Shown here: positions 1-8,367 of the stretch, one piece after another
Layout: every line of letters begins with the position of its first letter
How positions within the stretch are numbered: position 1 is the stretch's first letter
DNA from: Clostridia bacterium
Lineage (GTDB): Bacteria; Bacillota; Clostridia; TANB77; CAG-508
Assembly (NCBI GenBank): GCA_017528085.1
Contig: JAFXPH010000014.1
Location: 4,487-36,486 of the forward strand
Direction: 5' to 3'
Length of the DNA: 32,000 nt
The notes under the pieces: generated by a model
What the model saw: only the letters and a program-made list of their open reading frames with translations
Told to the model about the DNA's origin: nothing
Database searches by the model: none
Translations under genes and position numbers: made by a program

Positions 1-1006
1 AATTCACAGTGTTCTAAACCTGGTAAAGTTCTATACATTTCAAGTTGTACATCAACTGGAAGTGATGAACTCATTCCTTGAATATACATCTCATCTGTAT
101 CTAAGCCTATTGGTTCAACAAATATTTGATGTCTTTCCTTATCTGCAAATCTAACTACTTTATCTTCTATAGATGGACAATATCTAGGACCTGTACCTTC
201 TATCATACCAGCATATAAAGGAGATCTGTGTAGATTTTTTCTAATGATTTCATGTGTCTTTTCATTTGTATATGTTAGATAACATGGAACTTGTTCCATA
301 TTAATATTTTTATCTACAAATGAAAATGGTACTATATCATTCTCCCCTTCTTGAATTTCCATCTTTGAAAAGTCTATACTTTTCTTATTAATTCTAGCTG
401 GTGTACCAGTCTTAAATCTTTGAATTTTTATTCCTAATTCTTTTAAACATTTAGATAATTTATTAGCTGGGAATACTCCATCAGGGCCACTTTCAAAAGA
501 ATTTTCTCCTATAAAAATCTTTCCTTTTAAGTATGTACCTGTAGCCAATATAACTGCTTTTACATTATATGTAACATCTAAATTTGTTGTAATAGACTTA
601 ACTTTTCCATCTTCAACACCAATAGAAACAACTTCTGCTTGTTTAATATATAAGTTTTCTTGTCTTTCTAAAGTGTGTTTCATCTCCATTTGATATCTTT
701 TTCTATCAGCTTGTGCTCTTAAAGAATGAACTGCTGGTCCTTTAGATGTATTAAGCATCTTAATTTGAATCAATGTCTTGTCTGTATTCTTTCCCATTTC
801 TCCACCAAGGCAATCTATTTCTCTTACAAGATGTCCTTTTGAAGATCCACCTATATGAGGATTACATGGCATGTTTGCTACACACTCTAAGCTGATTGAA
901 AATATTAAAGTTTTCATTCCTAATCTAGCTGCTGCAAGTCCTGCCTCACATCCGGCATGTCCGGCTCCTATTACAGCAATATCATAGTCTCCTGCATTAT
1001 AACTCA
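1..1006 (-). CDS. mnmG: tRNA uridine 5-carboxymethylaminomethyl modification enzyme MnmG/GidA, N-terminal ~335 codons; the 3' end runs off the window
   Basis: Missing from the ORF track because it is open at the window edge. The reverse complement from the ATG at 1006 reads [34 protein letters not shown]..., the FAD-binding GxGxxG N-terminus of GidA. GGAGAAAG RBS at 1012-1019. It lies directly downstream of mnmE, as in the conserved mnmE-mnmG pair. Confidence 0.93.
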
Positions 1007-1086
1007 TTATTCTTTCTCCTATTTGTTCCTTGTGAAACATCAATCGATAAATCTTTATATATCAACTAATGCACTGTGAAACAATA

Positions 1087-2466
1087 TTATTTTCCCAAGC
1101 AAAATTTTGAGAAAATTTCATTTATAATATCTTCTGTTACAGTTTCGCCTGTAATTTTTCCTAAATCTTCTAATATTTCTCTTAAATATGAAGAAATAAT
1201 ATCTATTGGTAAGTTATTCATAATAGTAGCTTTAGCTTCTTTTATGTCTTCCCTAGCTCTTATTATTACTTCTTTATGTCTCATATTACTTACTATTAAT
1301 TCACCATCGTTTCCAATTTCTTCTAGCTTAAACATTTTAGCTATTTCATCATATAGCTTATCTAGTCCTTCTCTAGTCTTTGTGCTCATTTCAACGATTG
1401 GCTTATTTAACATTTTAATTTTATTAAGATCTATATTGTTAACTTTAAGATCTGTTTTATTTAGTATTATAATTGCTGGTCTATTTGATATTAAATCTAA
1501 TATTAAATCATCGTCTTCTTCAAGTTTCTTTGAAATATCAAATATTGCAACAATTAAATCGCTATTTTTAGCAATTTCAATTGCTTTATTAATTCCTATC
1601 TTCTCTACTATATTATCGGAATTTCTTATACCAGCTGTATCTATAATCTTAACTGGTATACCTTTTATTTGAATATATTCTTCAATACTATCTCTTGTTG
1701 TTCCTTCTATCTCAGTAACGATAGCTCTTTCCTCGTTTAGTATTATATTTAATAAAGATGATTTTCCTGCATTTGGTCTTCCTATTATAGCAGTTTTAAT
1801 ACCATCTCTTAATATCTTACCATTATCAAAACTATTTTCTAAAAGAGTTATTTTTTTATCCACTAAGTCAAGCATATCAAGCATTTGAGATGATGTTACA
1901 TCTTCTATATCATATTCTGGATAATCAATTGCAGCTTCTATATCTGCCATCATATTTAATATTATATGTCTTATTTCATTAATTTTCTCTGAAAGTGCTC
2001 CCTCTAGCTGACTTACTGACATTTTTGCTTCTTTATCTGTTTTAGCATTAATAATATCAATAACTGCTTCTGCTTGGCTTAAATCAATTCTCCCGCCTAA
2101 GAAAGCTCTTTTTGTAAATTCTCCAGGTTCTGCTAAAGATGCACCCTTTTTTATACATAAATCTAATATTTTATTCATTACTACAATTCCACCATGTGAG
2201 TTGATTTCACACATATTCTCTGTAGTATAGCTATTTGGAGCTTTAAAATATGATACTAATACTTCATCTATAATCTCATCTTTGTCCATTATATATCCAT
2301 ATTTTAAAGAATATCCTTTAATATCGTCAATATCCTTGTGATTCTTTTGCTTGAATACTTTATCAAGAATTTTGAAGCAGTCTTTACCGCTCATTCTGAT
2401 GATTCCTATACCACCTATTCCTGGTGAAGTTGAAATAGCAACGATTGTACTACTTGAACTACTCAT
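1087..2466 (-). CDS. mnmE: tRNA modification GTPase MnmE (TrmE/ThdF)
   Basis: 459-aa ORF. G1 motif GRPNAGKSSLLN, DTAGIR G3 motif, NKTD G4 motif, and the C-terminal FCLGK tetrapeptide typical of MnmE. Conserved position between jag and mnmG. Confidence 0.96.
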   Translation of the reverse strand: MSSSSSTIVAISTSPGIGGIGIIRMSGKDCFKILDKVFKQKNHKDIDDIKGYSLKYGYIMDKDEIIDEVLVSYFKAPNSYTTENMCEINSHGGIVVMNKILDLCIKKGASLAEPGEFTKRAFLGGRIDLSQAEAVIDIINAKTDKEAKMSVSQLEGALSEKINEIRHIILNMMADIEAAIDYPEYDIEDVTSSQMLDMLDLVDKKITLLENSFDNGKILRDGIKTAIIGRPNAGKSSLLNIILNEERAIVTEIEGTTRDSIEEYIQIKGIPVKIIDTAGIRNSDNIVEKIGINKAIEIAKNSDLIVAIFDISKKLEEDDDLILDLISNRPAIIILNKTDLKVNNIDLNKIKMLNKPIVEMSTKTREGLDKLYDEIAKMFKLEEIGNDGELIVSNMRHKEVIIRAREDIKEAKATIMNNLPIDIISSYLREILEDLGKITGETVTEDIINEIFSKFCLGK

Positions 2467-2501
2467 AAATAACCTCTTTTTTAAAAATAAAATCGTTAAA
2501 T

Positions 2502-2530
2502 ATTATACCATAGTCTACATAATAATGCAA
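2502..2530 (-). promoter_or_regulatory. Sigma-A type promoter for mnmE-mnmG
   Basis: On the minus strand: TTGCAT (2530-2525), 17-nt spacer, TGgTATAAT with TATAAT at 2507-2502. It sits between the jag terminator and the mnmE start. Confidence 0.55.
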
Positions 2531-2539
2531 TTTTTTAGC

Positions 2540-2570
2540 AAAAAAATAAAGGCCTAAAAGCCTTTATTTT
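2540..2570 (-). terminator. Rho-independent terminator after jag
   Basis: Inverted repeat ATAAAGGC (2546-2553) / GCCTTTAT (2560-2567) with a 6-nt loop. The A-run at 2540-2546 gives a T-run on the minus strand. It lies 9 nt downstream of the jag stop. Confidence 0.7.
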
Positions 2571-2578
2571 AATATATT

Positions 2579-3292
2579 TTATTTTAATGATACTACAACT
2601 TTTCTATGTGGTTCCTCACCAATACTATAAGTTTTAACTTTATCATTTTTTTGAAGTCTAGTATGAATGATCTTTCTTTCATAAGCACTCATTGGCTCTA
2701 AAGTGATTGATTTCTTTTGTTTTACAACTGTATGAGCTATTTTATCAGCTAATACATTTAAATCTTTCTCCCTTTTTCCTCTATAATTGCTTATATCAAT
2801 AACAACTCTTGCTTTATCTTTAATATTCTTTGAAGCCACATTTGTTAGTATAGTTTGAAGACTGTTTAGTACTTCTCCCCTATAACCTATCAAATATCCT
2901 ATATTATCGCCATCTAAAGATACTTTAATAACACCATCTTCCTCTGTTATTTCGTATTTAAAGTTGTTTTCAGGTAACTTAGAAATAAAATCTTTAATAA
3001 ATTCTTCTACATTACTCTTTACTTTTTCTTTATCTTCATTACTAATTTCTTTAACTTCTTTTGCTTTGCTTTCTTTAACAACCTCTTTTTCTTCAGCTTT
3101 ACCAGGTGTTACACCCTCTTTGATAGTTAATTCAACTTTAACAGTTCTTCTATCTAATATGCTAAAGAATGTTCTTTTTTCTTCTTCAATAATCTTAATA
3201 TCAACATCATTTTTCTTTACTTTTAATTCTTTTAAACCTTTTTCAATGGCTTCAGTAGATGTTTTTCCTTCAAAAACATATGATTTACTCAT
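2579..3292 (-). CDS. jag: Jag/KhpB RNA-binding protein (Jag_N, KH and R3H domains)
   Basis: Conserved position after yidC. C-terminal R3H-like segment LEPMSAYERKIIHTRLQ and central KH-like IGYLIGYRGEVLNSLQ. I start it at the ATG at 3292 (MSKSYVFEG...), which has a GAGGAGG RBS about 8 nt upstream. The track's longer start at 3316 would overlap the yidC stop. Confidence 0.85.
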   Translation of the reverse strand: MSKSYVFEGKTSTEAIEKGLKELKVKKNDVDIKIIEEEKRTFFSILDRRTVKVELTIKEGVTPGKAEEKEVVKESKAKEVKEISNEDKEKVKSNVEEFIKDFISKLPENNFKYEITEEDGVIKVSLDGDNIGYLIGYRGEVLNSLQTILTNVASKNIKDKARVVIDISNYRGKREKDLNVLADKIAHTVVKQKKSITLEPMSAYERKIIHTRLQKNDKVKTYSIGEEPHRKVVVSLK

Positions 3293-3296
3293 CAAT

Positions 3297-4205
3297 CTAC
3301 TCCTCCTCTTTAACAACTTTATTAATAATCATTCTTTCCCCTAAATTCAACAAATTACTTGTAGCCCAATATAATGTAAGTCCAAGAGGAGCTATATATG
3401 CGATACTTATTGTCATTACTGGCATCATAAGTCTCATAGTCTTATTCATAGAAGCCATTGTATCTTCTACATCATCGTCTTCTACCTTATCTTCTCCATC
3501 TTCGTTATTAATTGGCTTTCTCTTAATAACATTTGCTTCGTCTTCTTCTTTTTTCTTAGCATTCATAGCATCTGTCATTTGTTTTGTAACCTTCATCATT
3601 AAGAATGATGTTGCTATGTAAAATGCTGGAATTATATAAACTTTAGGATTTGTCATATTTTGATTTGGTATATCACTTAAGTCTAATCCTAAGAAATTCA
3701 TATTTAATCTAACTTTTTCATCAGATTCACCGAACTTCTTAATTACAGCTATTTCAATGTAATTAACGTTTCTATTTCCTGTTTCCTTTTCTCTTTCATC
3801 TTGAATTTGAGTTTGGTAATTATTAATTAATTCACTATCTACATGTCTCATATAAGTAAGTGGTCTACTTACTAAATAAAAAATTGATAATATAACAAAG
3901 AATTGAAGTAAACTAGGTAAACAACCTCCTAATGGGCTCATATTCTCCCTTTTATATAGATCATATATCTCTGTATTCATCTTTGTAGGATCATTTTTGT
4001 ATTTTTCCTGAATTTCCTTCACTTCTTGTTGAACTTTAGTAGTTTTCTTCATTGTCTTTTGTTGTCTAATTGAAAACGGTAATAAAACAACTTTTAAAAG
4101 AATTGTAAATAAAATAATTGCGACACCATAGTTATTAACATAGTTATATATAAAATCAAGTATATAACCAAATGCTGTAGCGATTTTTGCAAATATTCCG
4201 CCCAT
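3297..4205 (-). CDS. yidC: Membrane protein insertase YidC/SpoIIIJ/OxaA
   Basis: 302-aa polytopic protein with the 60-kDa inner-membrane insertase core (LLPFSIRQQKTMKK, GGCLPSLLQFFVILSIF, LGLTLYWATSNLL). Conserved rnpA-yidD-yidC-jag order. Confidence 0.93.
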   Translation of the reverse strand: MGGIFAKIATAFGYILDFIYNYVNNYGVAIILFTILLKVVLLPFSIRQQKTMKKTTKVQQEVKEIQEKYKNDPTKMNTEIYDLYKRENMSPLGGCLPSLLQFFVILSIFYLVSRPLTYMRHVDSELINNYQTQIQDEREKETGNRNVNYIEIAVIKKFGESDEKVRLNMNFLGLDLSDIPNQNMTNPKVYIIPAFYIATSFLMMKVTKQMTDAMNAKKKEEDEANVIKRKPINNEDGEDKVEDDDVEDTMASMNKTMRLMMPVMTISIAYIAPLGLTLYWATSNLLNLGERMIINKVVKEEE

Positions 4206-4213
4206 GGTTCCTC

Positions 4214-4432
4214 CTATTTCAATGGATCATATCCTCCCTTAGAGAAAGGATTACATCTCAAAATTCTAAAAAATCCTTTTATTAATCCTCTTATTACACC
4301 ATACTTCTCAACAGCTTGAATCGTATATTCTGAACATGTGGGTTCGTATTTACACCTCACCCCTAGATCATGTAATACTGGTGATAAGCCTTTTTGATAG
4401 GATTTAAGCATACTAATTATCATCTTTTTCAT
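4214..4432 (-). CDS. yidD: Membrane protein insertion efficiency factor YidD
   Basis: 72 aa with the YidD signature CKYEPTCSEYTIQAVEKYG...RILRCNPF. Overlaps the rnpA 3' end, as is typical. Confidence 0.9.
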   Translation of the reverse strand: MKKMIISMLKSYQKGLSPVLHDLGVRCKYEPTCSEYTIQAVEKYGVIRGLIKGFFRILRCNPFSKGGYDPLK

Positions 4433-4775
4433 TTTTTATAGTTACCTCTGCACTATTTAAAATTTTATCGAAATCCTTAAGTATATTATCAAATGTGATA
4501 TCCTCTATATTTAAGTCTTCCTTAATAGAAACTAGTATGTTTGTCCCTACTTTAATTTTATCCTCATACCTATAATAAGCTTCTCTAACTAAACGCTTTA
4601 TTCTATTGCGTTCTACGGCTTTTCCACACTTTTTAGGAACAGCTATTCCAAACTTATTATAATCCTTTGCCGTTGAATGAATATACATATTAATAAAATT
4701 TCCATAAAAGAATTTACCCTTTTTAAACATGTTTTTAAATTCATAATTCTTTTTAATAATAATAGTATTATTCAT
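4413..4775 (-). CDS. rnpA: Ribonuclease P protein component
   Basis: Basic ~120-aa protein with the RNR motif (AVERNRIKRLVREAY), directly downstream of rpmH. The track's start at 4787 is a TTG. The ATG at 4775 (MNNTIIIKK...) is preceded by GAAGG, so I prefer it. Confidence 0.88.
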   Translation of the reverse strand: MNNTIIIKKNYEFKNMFKKGKFFYGNFINMYIHSTAKDYNKFGIAVPKKCGKAVERNRIKRLVREAYYRYEDKIKVGTNILVSIKEDLNIEDITFDNILKDFDKILNSAEVTIKNEKDDN

Positions 4776-4823
4776 AAAAACCTTCAAATCTCAATAAAAA
4801 AGGGCGCGATGCGTCCTAATTTA

Positions 4824-4958
4824 TTAAGCACAAATATTTTTTCTTCCTTTATTTCTTCTTGCCTTTAAAACACTTCTTCCTGCTCTAGTTTGCATTCTTT
4901 TTCTGAAACCATGAACTTTATTTCTTTGTCTCTTTTTTGGTTGATAAGTTCTCTTCAT
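4824..4958 (-). CDS. rpmH: 50S ribosomal protein L34
   Basis: Too short for the ORF track. The reverse complement from 4958 reads [44 protein letters not shown] then TAA TAA. AGGAGGTG RBS at about 4965-4972. Confidence 0.96.
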   Translation of the reverse strand: MKRTYQPKKRQRNKVHGFRKRMQTRAGRSVLKARRNKGRKNICA

Positions 4959-5040
4959 TTTGCACCTCCTAATTTATCTATATTTTTTATTTTTAACACA
5001 AAAATATATTTATAGATAAAATAATCCATAAATATGGACT

Positions 5041-5069
5041 ATTATACTAAAGAACCCCTAAAAAGTCAA
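5041..5069 (-). promoter_or_regulatory. Consensus sigma-A promoter for the rpmH operon
   Basis: Minus strand: TTGACT (5069-5064), 17 nt, TATAAT (5046-5041). Confidence 0.65.
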
Positions 5070-5099
5070 GAATATTCTATATTTTCAAACTTAAATCAG

Positions 5100-5325
5100 T
5101 ATTTTATCAACAATTATTTTTTTTAATATATTATTTAAGTAAAAAGTATAGTTTATTTTCCTTTTTTACTTGATATTTTTACTTAAGTTTGATATGATAC
5201 ACACGTAAATAAATGTTACGGAAATATGGGTTTTCCACAGTTTGTAAAACTAGAAAATTTGTTTATATTTAAACAAACCCACATGAATTTAACAGGGGGT
5301 GTTTATTAAATTGTGGATAATTCAA
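5100..5325. promoter_or_regulatory. oriC part 1 (rpmH-dnaA spacer): DnaA boxes plus AT-rich 13-mer repeats
   Basis: Perfect DnaA box TGTGGATAA at 5312-5320. One-mismatch boxes TTATCAACA (5104-5112) and TTTTCCACA (5231-5239). Weaker TGATACACA at 5195-5203. Tandem AT-rich 13-mers TTTTTACTTGATA / TTTTTACTTAAGT at 5163-5188, plus an inverted copy TTAAGTAAAAA at 5135-5145. Confidence 0.8.
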
Positions 5326-5351
5326 AAAAGTTTTGAAAGGACGGAATCTAA

Positions 5352-6701
5352 ATGATTACAGACAAAAATGAGTTGTTAACAAAAGCTAAAGATCTATTGC
5401 AAGGTGAATTAACTACAATTGCATATACAACATGGATAAAGAATTTAGAAATAAAATCTTTCAAAGACAACAAAATAGTATTAATAGCAAAATCAAGTAT
5501 GCAAAAAGATGCTTTAGAAACTAGACATTATGATCTTATCTGTAACACATTTAATTATATTTTAAATAAAAATTGTGAAATAACAGTTATTGATGAAAAT
5601 GATGAATCTAGTATGAACAGCACAAAAGAAGAGCCTGTAGAAGATTACACTACAACAGAAAATTATTCAAAAACTTTTTTAAATCCAAAATATACATTTG
5701 ATACATTCGTAGTAGGAAATAGTAATAAGTTTGCACATGCTGCTGGTGAAAATATAGCTAAAGATAGTACAACAAATTATAATCCATTATACATATATGG
5801 GGGAGTAGGTTTAGGAAAAACTCACTTAATGCAAGCAATTGGAAATGGAATATTAAAATTACATCCTGAAAAGAAAGTATTATATGTAACATCTGAAAAG
5901 TTTATTAATGATCTAGTTAATTCTATAGCTAATGCAAACTATAAGAATGAACTATTTAGAAATAAATATCGTAATATTGATGTTTTGTTAATCGATGATA
6001 TTCAATTCATTCAAGGAAAGAAAATGGGGCAGGAGGAGTTCTTTAATACATTTAATGATCTTTATCAACAAGGAAAACAAATTGTTATTACTTCAGATAA
6101 ACCTCCAAGAGATTTACCTTTATTAGAAGAAAGATTAAAATCAAGATTCGAGTGGGGAATACTTGCCGATATTTCTATGCCTGATTATGAAACAAGACTA
6201 GCAATATTAAAGAAGAAAGTAGAACAAGAAAACATTATAATAGAAGATTTCATATTACACACAATAGCAGAAAACATTAATTCAAATATCAGAGAATTAG
6301 AAGGTACTTTGAATAAGATTGTTGCTTACGCACAATTAACTCATAGTCCAATCACAATTGAGATGGCTCAAAAAGCTATTGATGATATGATGATTCAAAA
6401 AAGAAAAGTTCTATCTTCAGAATTCATACAAGAAGTAGTAGCTAAATACTTTAATATAGATAAGAGTGATTTAATTTCATCTAAGAAATCAAATGACATT
6501 GCTTATCCAAGACAAATAGCTATGTACTTATGTAGAAGTGAAGCAAAATTAAGTTATCCAAAAATAGGTCAAGATTTTGGTAACAGAGATCACTCTACTG
6601 TAATGTATGCTTGCGAAAAGATAGAGAAGGAAGTTAAAGAAAATTCAAAGACTAAACTAATTGTGGAAAGTGTTAAAAAACTAATCCAAGAGAATGCTTA
6701 G
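5352..6701 (+). CDS. dnaA: Chromosomal replication initiator protein DnaA
   Basis: 449 aa. AAA+ Walker A GGVGLGKTHL, Walker B LLIDDIQF, sensor motifs, and the C-terminal DNA-binding signature IAYPRQIAMYLCR...GQDFGNRDHSTV. Confidence 0.98.
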   Translation: MITDKNELLTKAKDLLQGELTTIAYTTWIKNLEIKSFKDNKIVLIAKSSMQKDALETRHYDLICNTFNYILNKNCEITVIDENDESSMNSTKEEPVEDYTTTENYSKTFLNPKYTFDTFVVGNSNKFAHAAGENIAKDSTTNYNPLYIYGGVGLGKTHLMQAIGNGILKLHPEKKVLYVTSEKFINDLVNSIANANYKNELFRNKYRNIDVLLIDDIQFIQGKKMGQEEFFNTFNDLYQQGKQIVITSDKPPRDLPLLEERLKSRFEWGILADISMPDYETRLAILKKKVEQENIIIEDFILHTIAENINSNIRELEGTLNKIVAYAQLTHSPITIEMAQKAIDDMMIQKRKVLSSEFIQEVVAKYFNIDKSDLISSKKSNDIAYPRQIAMYLCRSEAKLSYPKIGQDFGNRDHSTVMYACEKIEKEVKENSKTKLIVESVKKLIQENA

Positions 6702-6779
6702 TTTAAAAATAAATACTTAAGAACATTTTTAAAAAAAGATGTTTTATAAAACAAATTTTTGAGTAAAGCAAATCAATCT

Positions 6780-6995
6780 TTACTTACGGAAAAGCTAAAA
6801 GAGTTATCAACATATGCTCTGTGAAAAGAGTGAATATAATTTGTTAATAAATACAATTTCACAAATGAAAACTTATTGTGTGGAAATATAAACATCAAAC
6901 TAACAAGTTTTTACACAATCTAAAACCTACGGAAATAAAGGCTTAGATGTACTTTTCCACATAATAAACAAGTACTACTAATAATACTACTAAAA
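6780..6995. promoter_or_regulatory. oriC part 2 (dnaA-dnaN spacer): DnaA boxes plus a DnaA-trio-like triplet repeat
   Basis: TTATCAACA at 6804-6812, TGTGGAAAT at 6879-6887, TTTTACACA at 6909-6917, TTTTCCACA at 6953-6961. The last box is followed after 13 nt by CTA CTA ATA ATA CTA CTA (6975-6992), whose complement reads 3'-GAT GAT TAT TAT GAT GAT-5'. Confidence 0.7.
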
Positions 6996-7024
6996 TTATA
7001 AATAAAGAATAAGGAGAACAGAAA

Positions 7025-8143
7025 ATGAAAGTTGTTTGTGAAAAGGAAAAAATCCTTAAAGGTATTAATTCCGTTATGAATGGTGTATCTACAAAAACAA
7101 CAATGCCAATCTTAGAAGGAATATTACTTCAAACTAATGATAAAGAATTAAAATTAACTACTAATGATTTAGAGATAGGAATAGAATATATTCTTGAAGC
7201 TAGAATAGAAGAAGAAGGTAGTATAGTTGTAAATGCTACAATGTTTTCTGAAATTATTAGAAAACTTCCTTCTAAAGAAATAACACTTACATTAAATGAT
7301 AATCAACTATTAGAAATAGAATGTGAAGGATCATTATATAAGTTAGCAACTATGAATCCAGATGATTTTCCAGAGTTACCAACTATTAATGTAGATAATT
7401 CTATTGAAATAGAACAAACTGTTCTTAAAAATATGATAAGAAAAACTATTTTTGCTGTTAGTACAGAGGAAAATAGACCAATATTTACAGGATGTTTATT
7501 TGAAGTTAATGATAATAAATTAAATGTAGTTGCAGTTGATGGTTATAGACTTGCTATTAAATCAGCAAAGATAGAAAGTAAAGGATCATTTAGTAGTGTT
7601 ATTCCAGGAAAAACATTAAATGAAGTAAATAAAATAATTGCAGATTCTTTTGATACAGTTAAAATTGGTATTTCAAAGAATCAAGCTTTATTTGAAATGG
7701 AAAACTGTAAGTTAGTTACAAGACTATTAGATGGTGAATTCTTAAAATATTCAAATGCAATTCCAAGTTCTTGGGATACAAGAATTAAAGTAAATAAATT
7801 AAACATTCAAGATTGTTTTGAAAGAATTATATTAATTTCATCTTCTTCAATAGAAAAGGAAAAGAAATATCCAGTAAGAGTTAAAATAGAAGTTGGTAAA
7901 GTAACAATTCTTTGTGCAAACCAAACAGGAGATGCTAAAGAAGAATTACTTGTTGATACAGAAGGTAAAGAATTAGAGATTAGCTTTAATCCAAGATTCT
8001 TAATAGATGCTTTAAGAGCAATTGATGATGAAGAAGTTTATCTTGAATTTGGTTCAAATAAATCACCATGTATCATCAGACCAACAACAGATGAGGGAGA
8101 TTATATCTATATGATTCTTCCAATTAAAATGAAAGAGGAATAA
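7025..8143 (+). CDS. dnaN: DNA polymerase III beta sliding clamp
   Basis: 372 aa with the three-domain clamp length and conserved segments (ILEGILL, NRPIFTGCLFE, VAVDGYRLA, LLDGEFLKY, MILPIKM). Conserved position after dnaA. AAGGAG RBS. Confidence 0.97.
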   Translation: MKVVCEKEKILKGINSVMNGVSTKTTMPILEGILLQTNDKELKLTTNDLEIGIEYILEARIEEEGSIVVNATMFSEIIRKLPSKEITLTLNDNQLLEIECEGSLYKLATMNPDDFPELPTINVDNSIEIEQTVLKNMIRKTIFAVSTEENRPIFTGCLFEVNDNKLNVVAVDGYRLAIKSAKIESKGSFSSVIPGKTLNEVNKIIADSFDTVKIGISKNQALFEMENCKLVTRLLDGEFLKYSNAIPSSWDTRIKVNKLNIQDCFERIILISSSSIEKEKKYPVRVKIEVGKVTILCANQTGDAKEELLVDTEGKELEISFNPRFLIDALRAIDDEEVYLEFGSNKSPCIIRPTTDEGDYIYMILPIKMKEE

Positions 8144-8163
8144 ACAAACAAAGGAGAAATAAA

Positions 8164-8367
8164 ATGAACGAATATTTAGACAAAATAATGGATAAGTTAG
8201 GTGACTTAATGAAAGTCTTCGACGGAGTAAATCAAAAAATAGAAGAAAAGTTCCATATTAAAGTAGATGTTGGCAAAATAATTATAGGTATTCTATTAGT
8301 TATATTTGCAATAATCGTTGTTAAATTAATATTAGGAAATGTTTCTAAAACAATGTATGGAGAATAG
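8164..8367 (+). CDS. Small hypothetical protein with one C-terminal transmembrane helix
   Basis: 67-aa ORF with a GGAGAAA RBS. Its stop abuts the recF ATG (TAGATG), implying translational coupling. Hydrophobic stretch IIIGILLVIFAIIVVKLILG. No S4-domain features. Confidence 0.6.
   Translation: MNEYLDKIMDKLGDLMKVFDGVNQKIEEKFHIKVDVGKIIIGILLVIFAIIVVKLILGNVSKTMYGE

Noticed and set aside
1076-1672. 198-aa plus-strand ORF and many similar antisense ORFs in the track (2351-2557, 2964-3344, 3259-3621, 4677-4868, 9280-9504, 11028-11282, 13120-13386, 14110-14622, 16621-16818, 19403-19651, 19919-20176, 20863-21060, 21224-21613, 21867-22094, 22795-23040, 24247-24480, 24405-24695, 25162-25416, 26329-26541, 28987-29184, 30277-30462, 31600-31785)
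   Set aside because: Each lies wholly or almost wholly opposite a confidently identified gene. Their translations are low-complexity and Ser/Ile/Leu/Phe-rich, as expected for the reverse strand of AT-rich coding DNA. None has a convincing RBS.
2579-3316. Longer N-terminal extensions offered by the ORF track for jag (3316), rnpA (4787), the DnaD-like gene (16775), the DUF1858 gene (16840), the glycosyltransferase (23594), the hydrolase (23726) and the J-protein (28048)
   Set aside because: In each case an internal start has a much better Shine-Dalgarno sequence at proper spacing. The extension is also either a non-ATG start, overlaps the upstream gene, or adds residues atypical for the family. 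Start sites remain predictions.
4795-4823. Weak GC-rich hairpin plus T-run (GGACGCATCGCGCCC then TTTTTT on the minus strand) between rpmH and rnpA, considered as a terminator or attenuator
   Set aside because: The stem has only about 5 usable base pairs with a mismatch. rpmH-rnpA are normally co-transcribed. This is too weak to call.
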